Source: Calcarisporiella thermophila CBS 279.70
Lineage: Eukaryota; Fungi; Calcarisporiellomycota
Reading direction: 5' to 3'
Length of the DNA: 64,000 bases
Assembly: GCF_041956535.1 (NCBI RefSeq)
Contig: NW_027192199.1
Location: 763,693 to 827,692 of the forward strand
The translations under genes and the position numbers were made by a program. Below the pieces are notes generated by a model. It was not told where the DNA came from, ran no database searches, and saw nothing but the letters and a program-made list of their open reading frames with translations. Shown one piece after another: positions 35,810-50,132 of this stretch (its first letter is position 1; every line of letters starts with the position of its first letter).

Positions 35810-36155
35810 ATCTTGCTTTTTTTTATTTTTGTTTGCCTTTTTTCATTTCTTTTTGGCCCTTACTTTCATATTTCATCCATTATACATTACGCTATCTTCT
35901 TTTGTGTGTGTTTTTCAGATATATATATATGGTCTGGAGTGGCCCCTTGGGGGCCTAGAGTTGTTTTTCAAAAATCCTGTTTATCGTTTCTCCTTTGCTT
36001 TTTCTCGCATTGTTGTAATAAATATATTCCGACAACATTAAAGAGGTGAATAGGACATGAAGCTAACAACAGACACCTTTTTAGAGTAAGTAGAATAGAT
36101 TATGGGGAAATGGGAATATGTAAGATTAAGTTCTGAAATTGGATTATTGTGCGAG

Positions 36156-39100
36156 CTACTTTCTTGGCCCTGAATAGGTTCGCCACCCTAGCGAATTCTC
36201 TTGCATTAGAGGGGGTGAAATCTCGATCGTCCCATTCTCTGACACCTGAGCGATTAGCTCCTCCCCTTCGCCTCCTTTTCTCAGCCTTCTTCTGCGTTTA
36301 TAGGCGGTAATGATAATGGCTGTCAGTCCGATATAGGCGGCCACGGCAGCAGCAACGGAAACCCCAATGACAAGTCCCTTGTTATCACTAACCCCTTCAG
36401 CCTCTGGTTGGCCACTCCTTAGGCTGCTGTCGGTAGTCGCGCTGTTATTGTTCCCTACAAAAATAGGAGGTTTATCTATCGAGAGTTAAGGAAAATAAAA
36501 AATAAAGAGTTAGTGAGAGGGAAAAGACCAGATGAAACCAGACTGCATCCATCCTACCCTGCGAATCCTTAATTACCAGCGAAAAAGAAGAGTCAAAAAA
36601 CTGTGTCAACTTTCCGTTAGGATTCGTGTACAAAGAGCTTGATCGATCCTTTAACACTCTATCCAGATTTCCAACCACCTCTTTTGGCACGGCCATGGTC
36701 ACCAATATTCCACCCTCGTTGTCCGAGTTTTCCAAGTTGATCTCCCGCTTCATCATTGCTCTCTTCCGACGCTTACCACCATTGGTAGCATCGCTGATGC
36801 TAAGCACAACTATTTTCGACATCGGCACGTTCAAACCAACAGCAAGGTCATTTGGAAGAAAGTTGACGATCTGGGCAGCTAGCGTCGAGTCTCTACACAC
36901 CTGCTCATAGCTGGGTGGCAATACAGATGGAGGAATAATGAAAGATTTTCAGATTTTAGAAAGGGATATTCGCAGCTAACATAACTTGTTTTTGAGCTAT
37001 ACTTACGGGATAATGTTTAATTTCATCGTTACGGCGCTGCTGCCAGCTGGCATGGATGCATGAGGATTTGGGATAATAGCGTCAGGCAGTTGGCGTGATG
37101 CTGGTTGCGACGAGGTTGATACTTCTGTTGGGCCGGCAGTATTGGCAGTAGTCGTGGGCGAGAATTGGACGGTTTCTGGGAGCCAAGGCTCGAATGAGGT
37201 TAAAGGCTCTTTCTCATTGCTACCCTTCGTTTTGCTGGGTTGATTGGCTTTGTCACCGCTATCACTGCCATCTCCTCCACTAGTGGTTTGACCGCCGTTT
37301 GCTTTAACTTCTCCATTGCCCTCCTTAGGTGCGGCATCACCTCCGACCTCCTCTTGGCTAATTTGTACAGGGTTGACTTCCACTGGCTTGTTATCGCCAA
37401 GCTTAATCTCTGCTACCGTTTCTACCCCAGACTTTTCTTTGGGTGGCGTGCCTTCATTCGGTTTTGCTTCGCCCTGATTATCGGCAATCGGCTTGGCCTC
37501 TCCCTGCTTCTTCTCTTCCGATTTCTGCTCATCTGGTTTCTCACCCCCCGGATTACCGACATCGAGGGTCGCCTTAACTATCCCTTCCCCTCCTGCCTTC
37601 TTATCCTCAGGATTTCCGGCGCCAAGTATTACCTGAATCAAACCCTCCTCTCCCGATTTCTTGTCCTCTCCTGGCTTGTCATTGACGGGCTTTTCCTTGC
37701 TACGATCTCCATCGTCGGTCTTCTTATCTCCTGTCCCTTCTACTCCAGACTTTTGCTCGTCCACACTTCCTACTCCCCCTAACTCTACTCCGAGATTAAC
37801 GCCTGCCAACTTTGTATCCCCTGGTCCACTATTACCAGGCTCCTTGGGTTTTACATCGTCGAGCTTCCTCTCTCCAGCTTTTAGCTCGTCCACCTTGTCA
37901 ACTCCTCCCAGCTCTACCCCGAGATTAACGCCTGCCAACTTTGTATCCCCTTGTCCACTATTACCAGGCTCCTTGGGCTTTGCATCGTCGGGCTTCCTAT
38001 CGTCTTGCTCATCTCCTCCAGACTTTTGCTCGTTCACCTTTCTTGCCTCCCCCAAATCTACTCCGAGATTAACGCCTACCAACTTTGTATCTCCTGGGCC
38101 ACTATTATTGGGCTCTTTTTCTTTGGGCCTTTCACCCTTCGTTTCCTCTTCAGATTTGCTGTTGCTTGCGACTTGTTTGTTGGCCTTATTTTCTTCGGAA
38201 TTGCCGTTCTCCACTATTTTTTCAGCCGATTTCCCACTGTCAGACCCCTTTTCGCCCTTACCCTCTAACCCGAATAACGAAGCTCCCACATTAACCTCTG
38301 TCAGCTTTAAGCCTCCTGAATTGATATTATCGGATTTTCCCTCCCCAGGCTTCCTATTTTCATTCTCTCCGTCTACAGGCTTTTTGTCACTAAAATCTCC
38401 AATGGCTGCCTCCCTACTCTCAGATTTACCCCCTTCGGACTTGTTATCCTCTGATTTTCCTCCACTAGGATTTAGTCCATCCTTCTTCCCAGATTCTATA
38501 GACTCATTTTCCTGCTTAGCGTTTATTTGCTTTGTATTATCTGAAGTGCCATTGCCAAGTATCTTATCCGCAGGCTTTTCACCCCGAAGCGTGCCCTCTT
38601 TGGGAGCCTTACTCCCTGAAATCCCACCTCTTTCGTTATTTTCGCTCTGGGTTTCGGCCCCGAGTTTCTTATTACCCGAATTATCGTTTCCCTCATTTGT
38701 GCTCTGCCTAACTGCCTCCGTATTGATCTTGCTATTATTCGCTTCTGGTTCCTGGACGCGAGAATTCTGCTCTAAATTTACCTCTTTGACCTTCTCGATT
38801 GTCTGTCCTTTCTTTTCGGGTCTAGAGCCATCTGTCGAGCCACCTTCTTTTTTCTCAGCGTCGTCATTCGCGTCTACTAACTTGGCACTCTTTTCAAGCT
38901 TGGATGTTGCTTGTTCTTTCCTGGGATTCTCATCTTTGGTCGCTGCTACTTCCTTTTCGGGTTCTGTTGTCTTCGATTGCTTTGCTTCTTTAGTGGCCCC
39001 TCCTTTCGAGGGTTCTGACTCTTGTGTCACCGTACTCTTTCCAGTGGTATTATCATTCTACGGATTGAAAGGACAAGTTAAAAAGTGTATATTAGTTTTG

Positions 39101-39324
39101 GCAAAACTTAGAATCAGTCGATAGAAACATACAATCGCTCGCACTCTTATCCTCGAAACATGTTCAGTTCCTAGTCGAACTCCAGCTTCTGCTCTTTGGT
39201 CTAGCTCATACGCTGTTTTTTTTGGTCCCAATGAAGCCTCTCTGGGCGTCATAGCGGCGTGCGCAGAAGAAAGGACGAGGAGATATGCAAGTGTTATCGT
39301 GGTTATACTGTGCGCGCAAACCAT
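36156..39324 (-). CDS. MSB2: Msb2/Hkr1-like signalling surface protein (about 4 exons)
   Basis: Signal peptide, long low-complexity ectodomain, HMH-like region (YEQVCRDSTLAAQIVNFLPNDLAVGL), TM + RRRR, C-terminal ISPPLMQENSLGW typical of Msb2. Confidence 0.78.
37770..38125 (-). repeat. Three intragenic repeats encoding PKEPGNSGPGDTKLAGVNLGVELGG
   Basis: ccgagattaacgcctgccaactttgtatcccc recurs at ~37790 and ~37919, with a variant at ~38063. Confidence 0.85.
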
Positions 39325-41181
39325 ATTATATTCAGGAATTACCTCTATCCACAACACAAAAAGAGGGGATAGCAAAGGAAAAATGGTTATTTAAGTATAT
39401 CTCTATGTATATATAAGGAGATATCAAGAAAACGCAAAACTAAAAATTGCAACACGTTGTATTGCTCTCTGCAAAACGAATGTGGGGGAGAATGAGAAAA
39501 GAAGGTGAAGGGATTGTTTGCTGTGACGAGGACGCAACCAACTTTTAGCGTCGACACGATCTTGGAGGGAGAAGCCAAAGAGGAGAGAAAAATGTCGAGA
39601 ACGCTGCAAGGCGAGAGGTGTTGAATTCTTCTTGGTGAATGTGTGACATGGCTTCGGTTGTTACCGAAGTCTGTGCAATTGGCCAAAACCGCTTGTTCAC
39701 AACAGGTTTGGCTATTAAAGCAAGACAAAACCGTGAACCACACATGGCCGAGTAGGACCTTCGATTGTGTACAATGGCGACTATTGAATGTTAAGAGGGC
39801 CACCGCCGCGGTAGGGCAGGGTTGTGGGGCATTTGTAATGTTGTGGGATACCAATGAGGCAAGTCCGATGCAAAGAACCTCCCAGAAGTTCATCTTGCGC
39901 GTGTGCCAATTCCTTCAATGCAAGCGAGACTCGATGTTGCGAGGTTTCCATTTTTGGCATGCGAAATCCAAGGATTATCCACATTTCAGTTTGGAACATG
40001 TAGGTTTCGCTTCTCTGATCCTCCACTCAACTTCTTGGTTACGCGCATCTGCAATCCACTGGTCTTGAAAGGCTATATTGGTCGATATCCTAGCCGTATT
40101 TTGTGGAGTGCTCTTTAGTGCTAGCATTTTCTTCCATCATGGTTTCCCTTCACCTTTGCTTGTTACATGAGGAGCTGCCAAGCTGAGGCCAGTCCCCTGT
40201 GCCCCTTCCCCTCATGCTCAAGTGGTGCGCAGCATTCCGAGGAAACGTAGCTCTCTATCGTTGGTTACTCGAATTATATGGGATGGGAATAGTTACACTC
40301 GCTCGAGTGTAACCACTTGACACTTTCCAAGTTTCTCGTGATAGCCATCCGGCAATATTAATCCAGTAATACGAATAGGGCTGCACCGTTATGGCGGCCC
40401 TATTGTCATCCGCAGTGCGCAACAGATATGACAAGGTTCATAACGCGTTGAATGATTCCGAGGGCTTATCTTTTACAGGCCTTCAAAAATCTAGCGCTCA
40501 GAGCGATAAACCATTGTATGTGTAGGCTAAGCAAACATGCATATTGCTTTGGGAGCCACCGCTCTGTGTATTCATGATCAATACAGCTGATGAATCAAGT
40601 AAGTCAAGGGTGGCGTTTTTCTTTGATTCTTTTTTGTCTTTCGAACATTTAACTTCATAGCCATCCAATATTTATTTTTTCATATAGTGTATTAATGCAT
40701 AAAGAGCAACGTTGCTTCCACCCTATTATCCCACATAACTTTACTCTCTTAACCATCCTTTATGTTTTATGTAACTGATTCATTTTATCACAGCCTTTTC
40801 TCCGTAATTAAGACCCAAGACTGATCAAAAAAAAGCAAGTGAAGGGCTGTGCAAACGTTTACATAGGGCAATTGAGGCATTCTGACGTTCCTGTGGGTTT
40901 GTGTCACTTTAATTTCTCTAACTTTTCAATATTGGTTAAAAATAGGATTGAAGCTTCCCCGGATAACGTGTCGGTTCTCCCCAACAGACTTGATTTGCAC
41001 GTCTTTCTCTTGATGAGCTAAAGAGTCCTTCTTTACAGTCTACACTTGTTATCTTGATAGATATGTTTGTTACCGCTAGTGAATGAAGAAAGTTTATCCA
41101 AAGAAATAAAAAAAACAAGACCGCAGATATAAATTACAAAAGGAAAAAGCTAGCAAAGGAAAATATAAATTTTGTATAATA

Positions 41182-44100
41182 CTACCAGAATGCGCACCTG
41201 TATGGAACAGCCAAAGTTCAGTATACGAGAATGAAGAACGCCATAATAAACGATCTTACCATCCAACGTAGCTCTGACACAGATTGTCGATGGAACTTGC
41301 CTGTTGAATTAGTTTCTCCACTTGCGCTGAAACATCCAATGCCACCGCCGGATTGAAGTCTCGACCTGTGTATGAGAGCATCAAGGCGTGTGTTAGAGAA
41401 GGAAATGAATATGAAACAGAATGTTGGATGGATTACCTGTTAGCTTGTTGGACACTCGGTGTATGACAGCAACAGCACGCTGGTTCTTGCCCTCGTCTAG
41501 CTCTAATTAACCATCGAAACCAATCAATATACCATACACCCTTTCCATCCCATAGCCTCCATTTACCCATATTGATAGCCTCGCTCTCTAGCCCCTGCAA
41601 CTTTCGACTATCACGCACGTTCTGCTGAGCCTCCTCTTCGTCGTCATTGGCCCTTTCCTTCTGGGAATTCGGCTCATTCTCTGCCCGCCCTTTACATCAT
41701 TGGCAAAATGAAAAAAAATAGTGAGAATTAAGATGCAGCCGGGGCATAGGGGTTTTGAAAGAAGGCCTACCTTTTTGTTTCTCGGCGTTTGGCATAAACA
41801 GCCGGAAATTCAATAGGGGATCATACACGAACGCCTCCAGCACGGCCATAAGACTCTCCTTGTTTTCGCGCAACACGCGCATCACGTGCTCGCTGGTGAT
41901 GCGGTAGCTGCCCTCAATGCCGCTCACTTCCATTGCGTTGACAAGCATACGAGTCAGCCGGAACGGCACCCGTTCTGGCAGCTTCTCACGGTTCATGGCA
42001 ACTGAAAATCGACAATTCATCCCCCCCCCCCCCCGCGGATGGATTAGATTATTGCGTATGAAAACGCCACAGAAATGTCTATGCTTTACCTTCAAAACAG
42101 TCGCCAAAGTCAATATGAACCACGCGTCCCGTGGTCCGCTCCAGCATCAGGTTCGATGGATGCCGGTCGCCCAATCCGAGAATGTAGCCCACCATGGACA
42201 TCACCGCCAACGAACGAGTATAGTTTGTCCGCCGCTCTAGCCATGCTTCAGAGCTCCTGCTACGTAGCCAGAGTATGTGGTATAGGTCCTGGCCAGTTGT
42301 ATTCTCCATCGCATGTTCAAATACCTCCACCTTTTGCAGGAGAGTGAGATTGTCGTAGTCGGGTGCCATCTGGAGCATAAGACGATGCTCACAGTTGAGA
42401 AGGATAGACCGGCTCTCACGGTATTCCCGGATGAGGGCGTGCAGAGTGTCAGTGTTGGGCACCCAGCCGAGAAGACCAGAATTGGGCGAGAGCGGTATGG
42501 CAGCGTACCGAACAATTTGTAGGTGACGCCGATGGGTTTCCGGGTCATTCGTAAGAAGGGCGTTCACCAGCCCAAACAGCTGCATCACGCGTTCATCCAG
42601 CCGCAGATCCTCATGGCCTAATAAAATAAAAAATACACGCACACGTGTTCTCTATGTTAGGCTGTAGAAAGCCAGTTAGAAAGAGCTCCTATCCTTCACC
42701 TTTCAGCAGATATTGGTATTGTTGTCCATCCGTTCCCATTACAGTAAGTTTACGCGGCCGTTGTTTCGAGGTTATTACGTTCAGCACATGGTGAAAAGAG
42801 GCAATTTTCACGGCAGGCTCGCCCCCCCGGTAGGTTCCCGGGACGGCAAGCTCCAGGTTGCGAGCTTGCTCCAACTGGGGTGAGACGTACTGCAGCTCGA
42901 GTGAGTTCAACTGCTGTAGTAGTTTGCCTGTGCGCTTGAAAACCTAAAATTAAAAGCCAAAATGAGCTCTCCACACTCTACACGTTTGGAGCTAAAAGTA
43001 CTTGATAATAAAGGTCCCACGCTTGGTTAAGATCATTGACGTCGTGTGTCCTTTTGTAGCGTGAACACCAGTCCTGGGCTTCTTGTAGGTCGCGTCCGCA
43101 AGACTGGCTAAATGCAATCTCGCTTAATGTTTCCGGGCCCTAGAATCGAATACGCACAATTTCGATTAACAATTAGTATCCTCTTGGATGGATAATGAAG
43201 ATGCGATTGACGATTTACTCTCTCCAACATTTTATGTAGCGGGTCCAAGGTGGAAAACATGCCCTCGACACTGTGGTTTCCGAAATATTGCCGCGACGCT
43301 TCCTCAAGCCCCTCGTGCCACAGCTCATGCCACAAGATAGCGACTCTAATCAATTCTTGGCTCACCAGGAGGGCTTGCTCCACCAAGAGTGGACAATGCC
43401 CGCGCATCTTATCCATGATGGCAAGAGCTGCACTGCGCCGCATCTGGTTCAGCGACTTACTCGCAACCATGAGGGAGTAGAGGAGGGCTTGTGGGTGCGC
43501 CTGGCCGACCTCCGAGAGCAGTTGGAGTATGAGGCGACGGACATTCGCTTCGGGAGCATGAATGCGAGCAATGAGCTGAGGAATGACTTGGAGCCAAGTG
43601 TCGACGCTGACTGTGTTGAACCCCTCGGCAATCGCATTGTAGACGTCTTGCTGATAGCCGTAACTGAACCAAAGGGTGAGCAAGCGTAGTGTGTCCTGTA
43701 GGGAGCTGCCTTTTGAGAGTGCAATAGAGCGGAAAAATCCTATCAAAATTGGTAGAGAAAGCGATGAGGGAATTGCGGGATCGACGAAATGATCCATTCT
43801 ACTAGGTACCTCGCACAGCCGGGACGATATGCTGTGCCAGCATGTTTGGCAAAAATGAGGTCCCGCTCTTTTCATAGTACTTGATCACTTCAAAGTTTGC
43901 CAGGGCCCAGGTGTGCCAAGCTTTGTACCAGTTGGGATCATGTTGGGTCGCGAGGGAGAGCGAGTGTAAAACCTTGGGGATAATTTCATCATCGAGCTCG
44001 TCGTGCAGCACTATCTGCCACTCGCCTTGCTTCAAATAGCATCGGGCCAGTAGGCGAGTGCACTCTTCGGGGCTGGGCATATTCGAAATTGAATGAGGCT

Positions 44101-47100
44101 CGAGCAGCGCCTTATACACGCTGCCGTTGGCAGGAGCAACCTTGAGGGTTTGCGAGAGCAGCGTTGTGTAATCTTGGAGGATATTGAGGGCCTTTTCGCG
44201 TGCGCCTATTGCCCACATGTACTTGAGGCGGGCATATACGACTTGAGGGGGAACATTGGTCGAATACTATGGTAGGGGGTTACAATGAATTCGTCATGTC
44301 CACCTTTAGTTGAACCACGGATGATGGACTTACTGCATCTTCAAGTATGGCCGACTCTCCTCCGCACAATCGCACTAGGGTTTTCTCCGCAATCGAAAAC
44401 CTGCCCACTTTGCGGCAAAGATTCGCAAACTTGATCCAGGTCTCGACGTCACTATGAGGTTGGGCAACCAGCATTCTAACCTTGAGGATTCGCTGCCAAA
44501 CATCGACACTTCGTTGACATCCCCTAAGGCGTTTCATCCATGTTCTGCGAATGGATGCCTGACGATCTGGCTGGTCAACAAACTGTTTATAGGAGATAAT
44601 TTCCTCGAGCTCGGAGAGCAGCTGAGTCCGCACTACCACTCTACAGAGGATAAGAGAAGACAAAAACAAAATCAGCATAGTGTTAGTTGATGCGTAGAAG
44701 GTAGCCAACAACGTACAGGTATGCCCGATTGTAGCTTTCCGCTAATAGAGTCGTCAAGTTTGAATCAATGGAATCTCTTGTTCGATTCACAAACTCGACC
44801 GCTTGTTCGAATTGGTCACGGTGCAACGCCAGAATTGCGCAGAAGAAGAGATAGTCGGTCGAGCCCGGCTTGATGGCCGTGATGTATTCGTTCATCAAAT
44901 CCCATTGCCCGTTTCCCCATGCGGCTGCGGCAGCAAAGGGCGCAATTTCCCGGCGCCGTTTGTCGTCTCCATTACACCATAGGTCTCGCGAGAGTTGGGC
45001 GAGCGTTTCCCATTCTCCAAGGGCGTGGAGACACCGCATCCGTCCAAGGGTAGCGTCAAAATTCTGTGGGCTCTGTCGCTGCTTTTGCTCGTAGGCCTCC
45101 AGCGCCACATCCCAGTGTTCGAGCTTTTCGTACCAAGTCTCCTTCAAGTTAATGTCATGAAGCTTTTTGCCGTATGCGAGCAGGCCCATCGCGGCATCAA
45201 GTTGTTGAAGTTTCTGGTTGATGTTCATAAGGTCTTCAATTGTGCTCTGTTTCGTGGGGTCTGTGAGGAACTCGAGTTCTTTGTAGTGTAGTGCCTTGGC
45301 ATACGCATGACAACGCAGAGCATACTCGGCAAGCGTGTTGTTCTTGATGCCAAGGGATTTTTCATCGTGCTCCATGAACTCAGCCAAGTTAAGAAGCTGC
45401 TGTACGATTTCGTTCGGAATGTTGGGGGCCAGCAAGGCTGTCTCAATGGCCTGGACAAGTTCGCTCTAAAAGTGAGAGTTAAAAAAAATGAAAATGGGGT
45501 CGTTTGATGATCTTTGCAAAATTGCTCAAATCGTTACCTGGTACTCGACGTAAAGCTCAGACCAGCAGGCTGAAAAAGCCGCATTAAAGAGCTCTTTTGC
45601 CAACGGAGAATAGGCGCCCGCCAACCGTGAGCATGCTCGCAGCGCTTGCGAGGGGGATTCTTTGAGCAGCTCAGCGCTCAGGCGTCGCATCCACTCGTGC
45701 CAGTCCTCCTTAGTGAACCGCTGGGAAGTCTCCCACGCCTTTCTCAAATGCTGCTGATTTACCAGCAAACCCTTGACCCCCCCCATATCACCACCCGAGG
45801 CATCCTCCAATTCGTTCAACCGCTCCTCAGACGCGCTTCCCAGACCCTGAGGCAGAGGCTCTCCCTTAAGCAGCTTCGACACCAGAATATCGTAGGTCGA
45901 GTGCTGCACGCGTTGTTGGACCAGGATCTTGTTGACCATGGGGATGAAGATGGCATAATCTGAACCCAGCTGAAAGACAAGTGCACACAGCGTGTCCATG
46001 GCTGACATCTTTAATTCAGTCGGACTGGTGGCGATAATGCGCGCCAGCGGATGGATGATTCGGGAGGCGTAATCTGTGACAATCATCTTCCGACAGAGCT
46101 GCCCGACCGTTACAATGGCCGCTTTTCGAAGAGATAGGGGGGTCTCATTGCGTTCGAATAACCGCACCACCACTGGAAGAACCAGGTGCATGTACTCTTC
46201 CAGGCTGGTGCCCAGGACGACCAATGTGTGGAGAACCCTGTGGGTCAGTTGGCGACGTTCTGTCTGATCCGTGTCGCACACTTGGAGTAGATAGGGCAGG
46301 AGCTTGGAGAGATACACCTTGAACTCGCCTTCGAGGGCCAGCGAGATCGTCTCCACGAGCCCCAACATCATTATTTGGATGTTGGTTCCAGCACTACGCC
46401 AAAGCTCCTCTACCACCGTGAAAATATCCCGTGCATATGCCTGCACATGCTGGCGCATCGTCACCACAAGGCTGCTCAGCTGTTTGAAATAGAACTCGAG
46501 CATAGCGGACTGGCAAGTACGCATTATGCCCAGGAGAGGAGGTAAAACACTGGGTATAAAAGGCAAACAGGACTTCGTGCCAAGGAATTTGAAGATATAG
46601 GTGATCGCCTCCACGGCGCGAGAATGATAAGTGCTAAGGGAGGAATCGCGCAAAATCTTGCTGAGGGCACCCACTGCTATCGTGGGGTAAAACTCGTCCG
46701 CCGTGGTGCAGGTACCCTGCATCAAAGGGCCTACTTCGGCGCTACCAGCCTTTAATTCGCTCTTCTCGTCAAAATTCGCAACGAAGGATACCTAAAGAAG
46801 AGTGTGTATTAATACCACACAATACCACTGTCAACCACGCCAAATTGTAATGGAAACGAATAAAGCTACTAACTTTGTGCCGATAAGGGTCGAGCGCCCC
46901 CAATACCCCAATGAGCTTGATAGTCTCCCTCCGGATATTCCGATCCTGTTCTTGTCGCAAAATTTTGACCAGCGTCGGAAGCAGATTAGGATAGCGAGTG
47001 TACGGCTCAATCACGAACCCTGTGCTGCTAGCTAGTTGTCCCAGCATCTTGAGGGCTTTTTCTCGTTTCATCGAGGAGGTGGGGCTTTGGTCTTGTAGCA

Positions 47101-49889
47101 TTTCAATTAGCAATGGAATCAGCAGATCCAAATGCTCCGCTAGCTTTTCCCCGCCCGCTTTAGCAAGTTCGCACAGCACTGTCAACACCCCCGTCGTCAC
47201 CCCCGGACTCTGACCCGAGACCCGAGGTAGCAGCACATTCACAATTGGCTGCAAGTAGGGCTGTATCAGGCGCTGCCCATTCGATGCCAACTTTGCAAGT
47301 AGCCGCAGAGCCTCCTCTTTATTTTTATTGGTCGTTGAGCATTGGACCTCGGTAAGCAATTGCACCAGGGTTTTTCGGAGGGATGGCATCACAAACGCGG
47401 GGTTATGCGAGCTAAGGCGCCCAATGATGCCGATGGCCTGTTCCCGTATCGGAAATACCTCATCGTTGAGTGCTATAAAGAGAGATCGCACCTTGTCGGG
47501 TTCGGCAAGATATGCGTCGAAAGATTCGTCCAGTGAAGTGAGAACAGACAGCCGAATGGTTGGGTCTAAAAGGCAGGAAAAGGGACCGAAGATGAATTGG
47601 AAATGTCATATCAACGAGATTTGCCCCATATAGGATCTGACCACGTACCTGGATCGGAAATCCCTACAGCTAAAAGTTTTTCCAACACTTCCTCGACCAC
47701 ATAGTTTGCATAATCCCTCTCGAAAATGGCGGTGTTATCACTTCGTAATAAATGGCAGCATGCAAGCGCCGCCGATTTTCGTATGTCTATCGAATCATCC
47801 TCGAGATAAGGGACCACACAATCCCGGACAAACTCTTCCAGCCCGCGGTCTATACACCATCAAAATTAAAAAACAATGAGCAACCGAGCCGTTTTTTTTT
47901 TGATAATATAGCTAAACCTCGGAAATCAAAGGTGGCAAGTATATAAAGGGCTTGGTTGATAGTGTCTAAGTCCTTTTGCTCAAGTGCCTGCATTTCCCGC
48001 AATTGGGTGGGTACGCTCGGTGTAACAGGGGTCATGGGAATGGTCGAGGAGCGATATGGCTGTCCACTCAGCACCATCGATAGCATCTCCAGTAGTCGAT
48101 CTAAAAGTGGAGGTTGCGGGTGAATAGGGGAAGCTTCGTTTCATTGAAACTAATATTTACCTTGTATGGTTGGCAATAATGGAGGGATTTCTCTTGCCAA
48201 ATCGACTAGTGCAATGCTTAATGGCTCATTCAGTCCACACGCAAATATCAGATCCAGTATCTCGTGCATGAACTTGGTGAGGGCAGGCCCCACCGCCCGC
48301 GCAAGCATGCTCACGCACTGGAAAATGGGGGTGTCACTATCTCTTGCCTTCCGAACTCCACTCTTTCCGCCTCCAACCCCGGCTCCCGCAAGCCCCTCTC
48401 TTATATTCGCAACGATGGGTTCCAAATACTGCGAGATGTTGCTTCCCACCTCCATGGTCACTTTTCCGATTGCTATAAATGCCGCGGACCGGTCGCGCTC
48501 TTTTTTCAGTTGGCCCAGCAGATAAGACATGCAACGGTGTAAGTACAGGTCAACAAACGTTTGGGTATTGTAGGCTGCAAGGGTTGGGATCAAGAGAGTT
48601 ACGGTGCGGCGCACTAGCTGATCGCGGTGCTCCTTGTAGCGGAGCGCGGTCTCGCAAATTTCACCATACATATCCCTTGCAAACTAGAGGGAACCATTTC
48701 GATGGATAGGTCAGGCAACGGCACATCACATTCAGGCATGCATCCAGATACTCACCATCCCAGCATGTTGTAGCACCTCCTTATATACAAGCAGTGACCC
48801 ATGTATTGCATCAACGGTATTAAGCCGTAGCCCTTTCTGGGCCTCCTCCAGAATTTTTTTGTACAGCTGTACTTTGGACGGGGTGTCTCGCTGGAACAAT
48901 ATATGCAAACATGCGCTCAGTGCATCCGCTGCCGATTCTCGGATATTCTGTTTTGATTCTCGCAGCGCAACCCAAATATGTTCAAGAAATTGTGGGATGT
49001 AGGCATAAAACTGGGTGGGTGCTTTCAAAGCAAGCTCACGAAGGATAAGAACAGCCCCGTGGTGGCGATATTCATTACGGTCCCCAGTGGTGAGGATAGT
49101 GGAGGATACATCAACTAAGCAGGATGAAATCAGTACATCATACTAAATACACGGAAAATTCAGGCATCTATGCAAAAAAGGGGGATACCTTGCAAATACT
49201 CGAAAGCACGCTTAATCTCAAATTCAACAATCTCGGAGGTTAGGGTAGAATTAATAATCGCAAGTGAGCCTATGTAATGTTATAATATTGAGGATCACAT
49301 TAAAAGAACTTCTAGCTCGCCTTCACTAACCGATCGTTTTGGCGCCAATTTGCATCAGCTGCGGATCATTACTAGGTACGACCATTCGTAAATAGTTTGC
49401 AAAACGCGTAACCATGGATGAGTTGTCATCGCAGAATTCGAGCAATTTATCTTTAGGGCAACACGCATCATTTTTCCTGGCATCCAATGTGACAAACAAG
49501 CAAAAGAGCGCTGAACTTACCAATAGCCACCACGCCCGCAATCTTGTCCTGAACATCGGGACTATTTATCAAATTGAATACCCTGCTGTTGATATCATTA
49601 GTGAATTTAACATAGCCTTCCGTGCTGCTCTCACGCAAGACCGACACCACCTTCCAAAGAAAGGAGAGGAAGTTATTAGAATCATTAAAATGTCCATCCT
49701 TTTCGAAAGATGCTTACGTGCTCCCGCAATTCTTCGCCTGCGCGTCGGCGAACTTTCTCATTTCTAAAAGGGATGCATCAAGATCATCGAAACATAATCA
49801 GAACCCAAAAAACAAACGCATACATACCGACTCTTCAGGTCCCCTAGTATCCTTGCTAGGGAATCATGTCCACCCGAAGCAGTCGACAT
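41182..49889 (-). CDS. TOR: TOR serine/threonine kinase (many exons)
   Basis: HEAT repeats, FAT domain, FRB ([17 protein letters not shown]), kinase ([36 protein letters not shown]), FATC ending QSYVGWCAFW*. Confidence 0.98.
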
Positions 49890-50132
49890 TTCCCCTAGGT
49901 GATTTCACAATAATGTGGGAAGGATGGCCTATTTAATTTTTTTATTCCTCCCGATACATTAAACTACAGCAGTCGTTTGAAATTTTTCTGAATTTGAATT
50001 CAACATTTCGAACGTTTCTTAAATTTGACCTCTCCGCAGCTTTCGTTTCGGCGGAGAGGGTGAATATCAACATCGGGTGAAAAATTAAATTTAATGTGTT
50101 ATATGCTAAATTACAATGGCTTAAGGAAGTGA

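Noticed and set aside
37661-39124. 487-aa plus-strand ORF
   Set aside because: Antisense shadow of the repetitive Msb2-like exon; S/F/L/P composition is what the reverse complement of E/K/G codons gives
42021-42034. Poly-C run inside TOR
   Set aside because: Lies within an intron; ordinary homopolymer
41182-49889. Many separate ORFs or a fragmented TOR pseudogene
   Set aside because: The breaks I checked coincide with GT-AG introns, and the catalytic motifs and FATC end are intact
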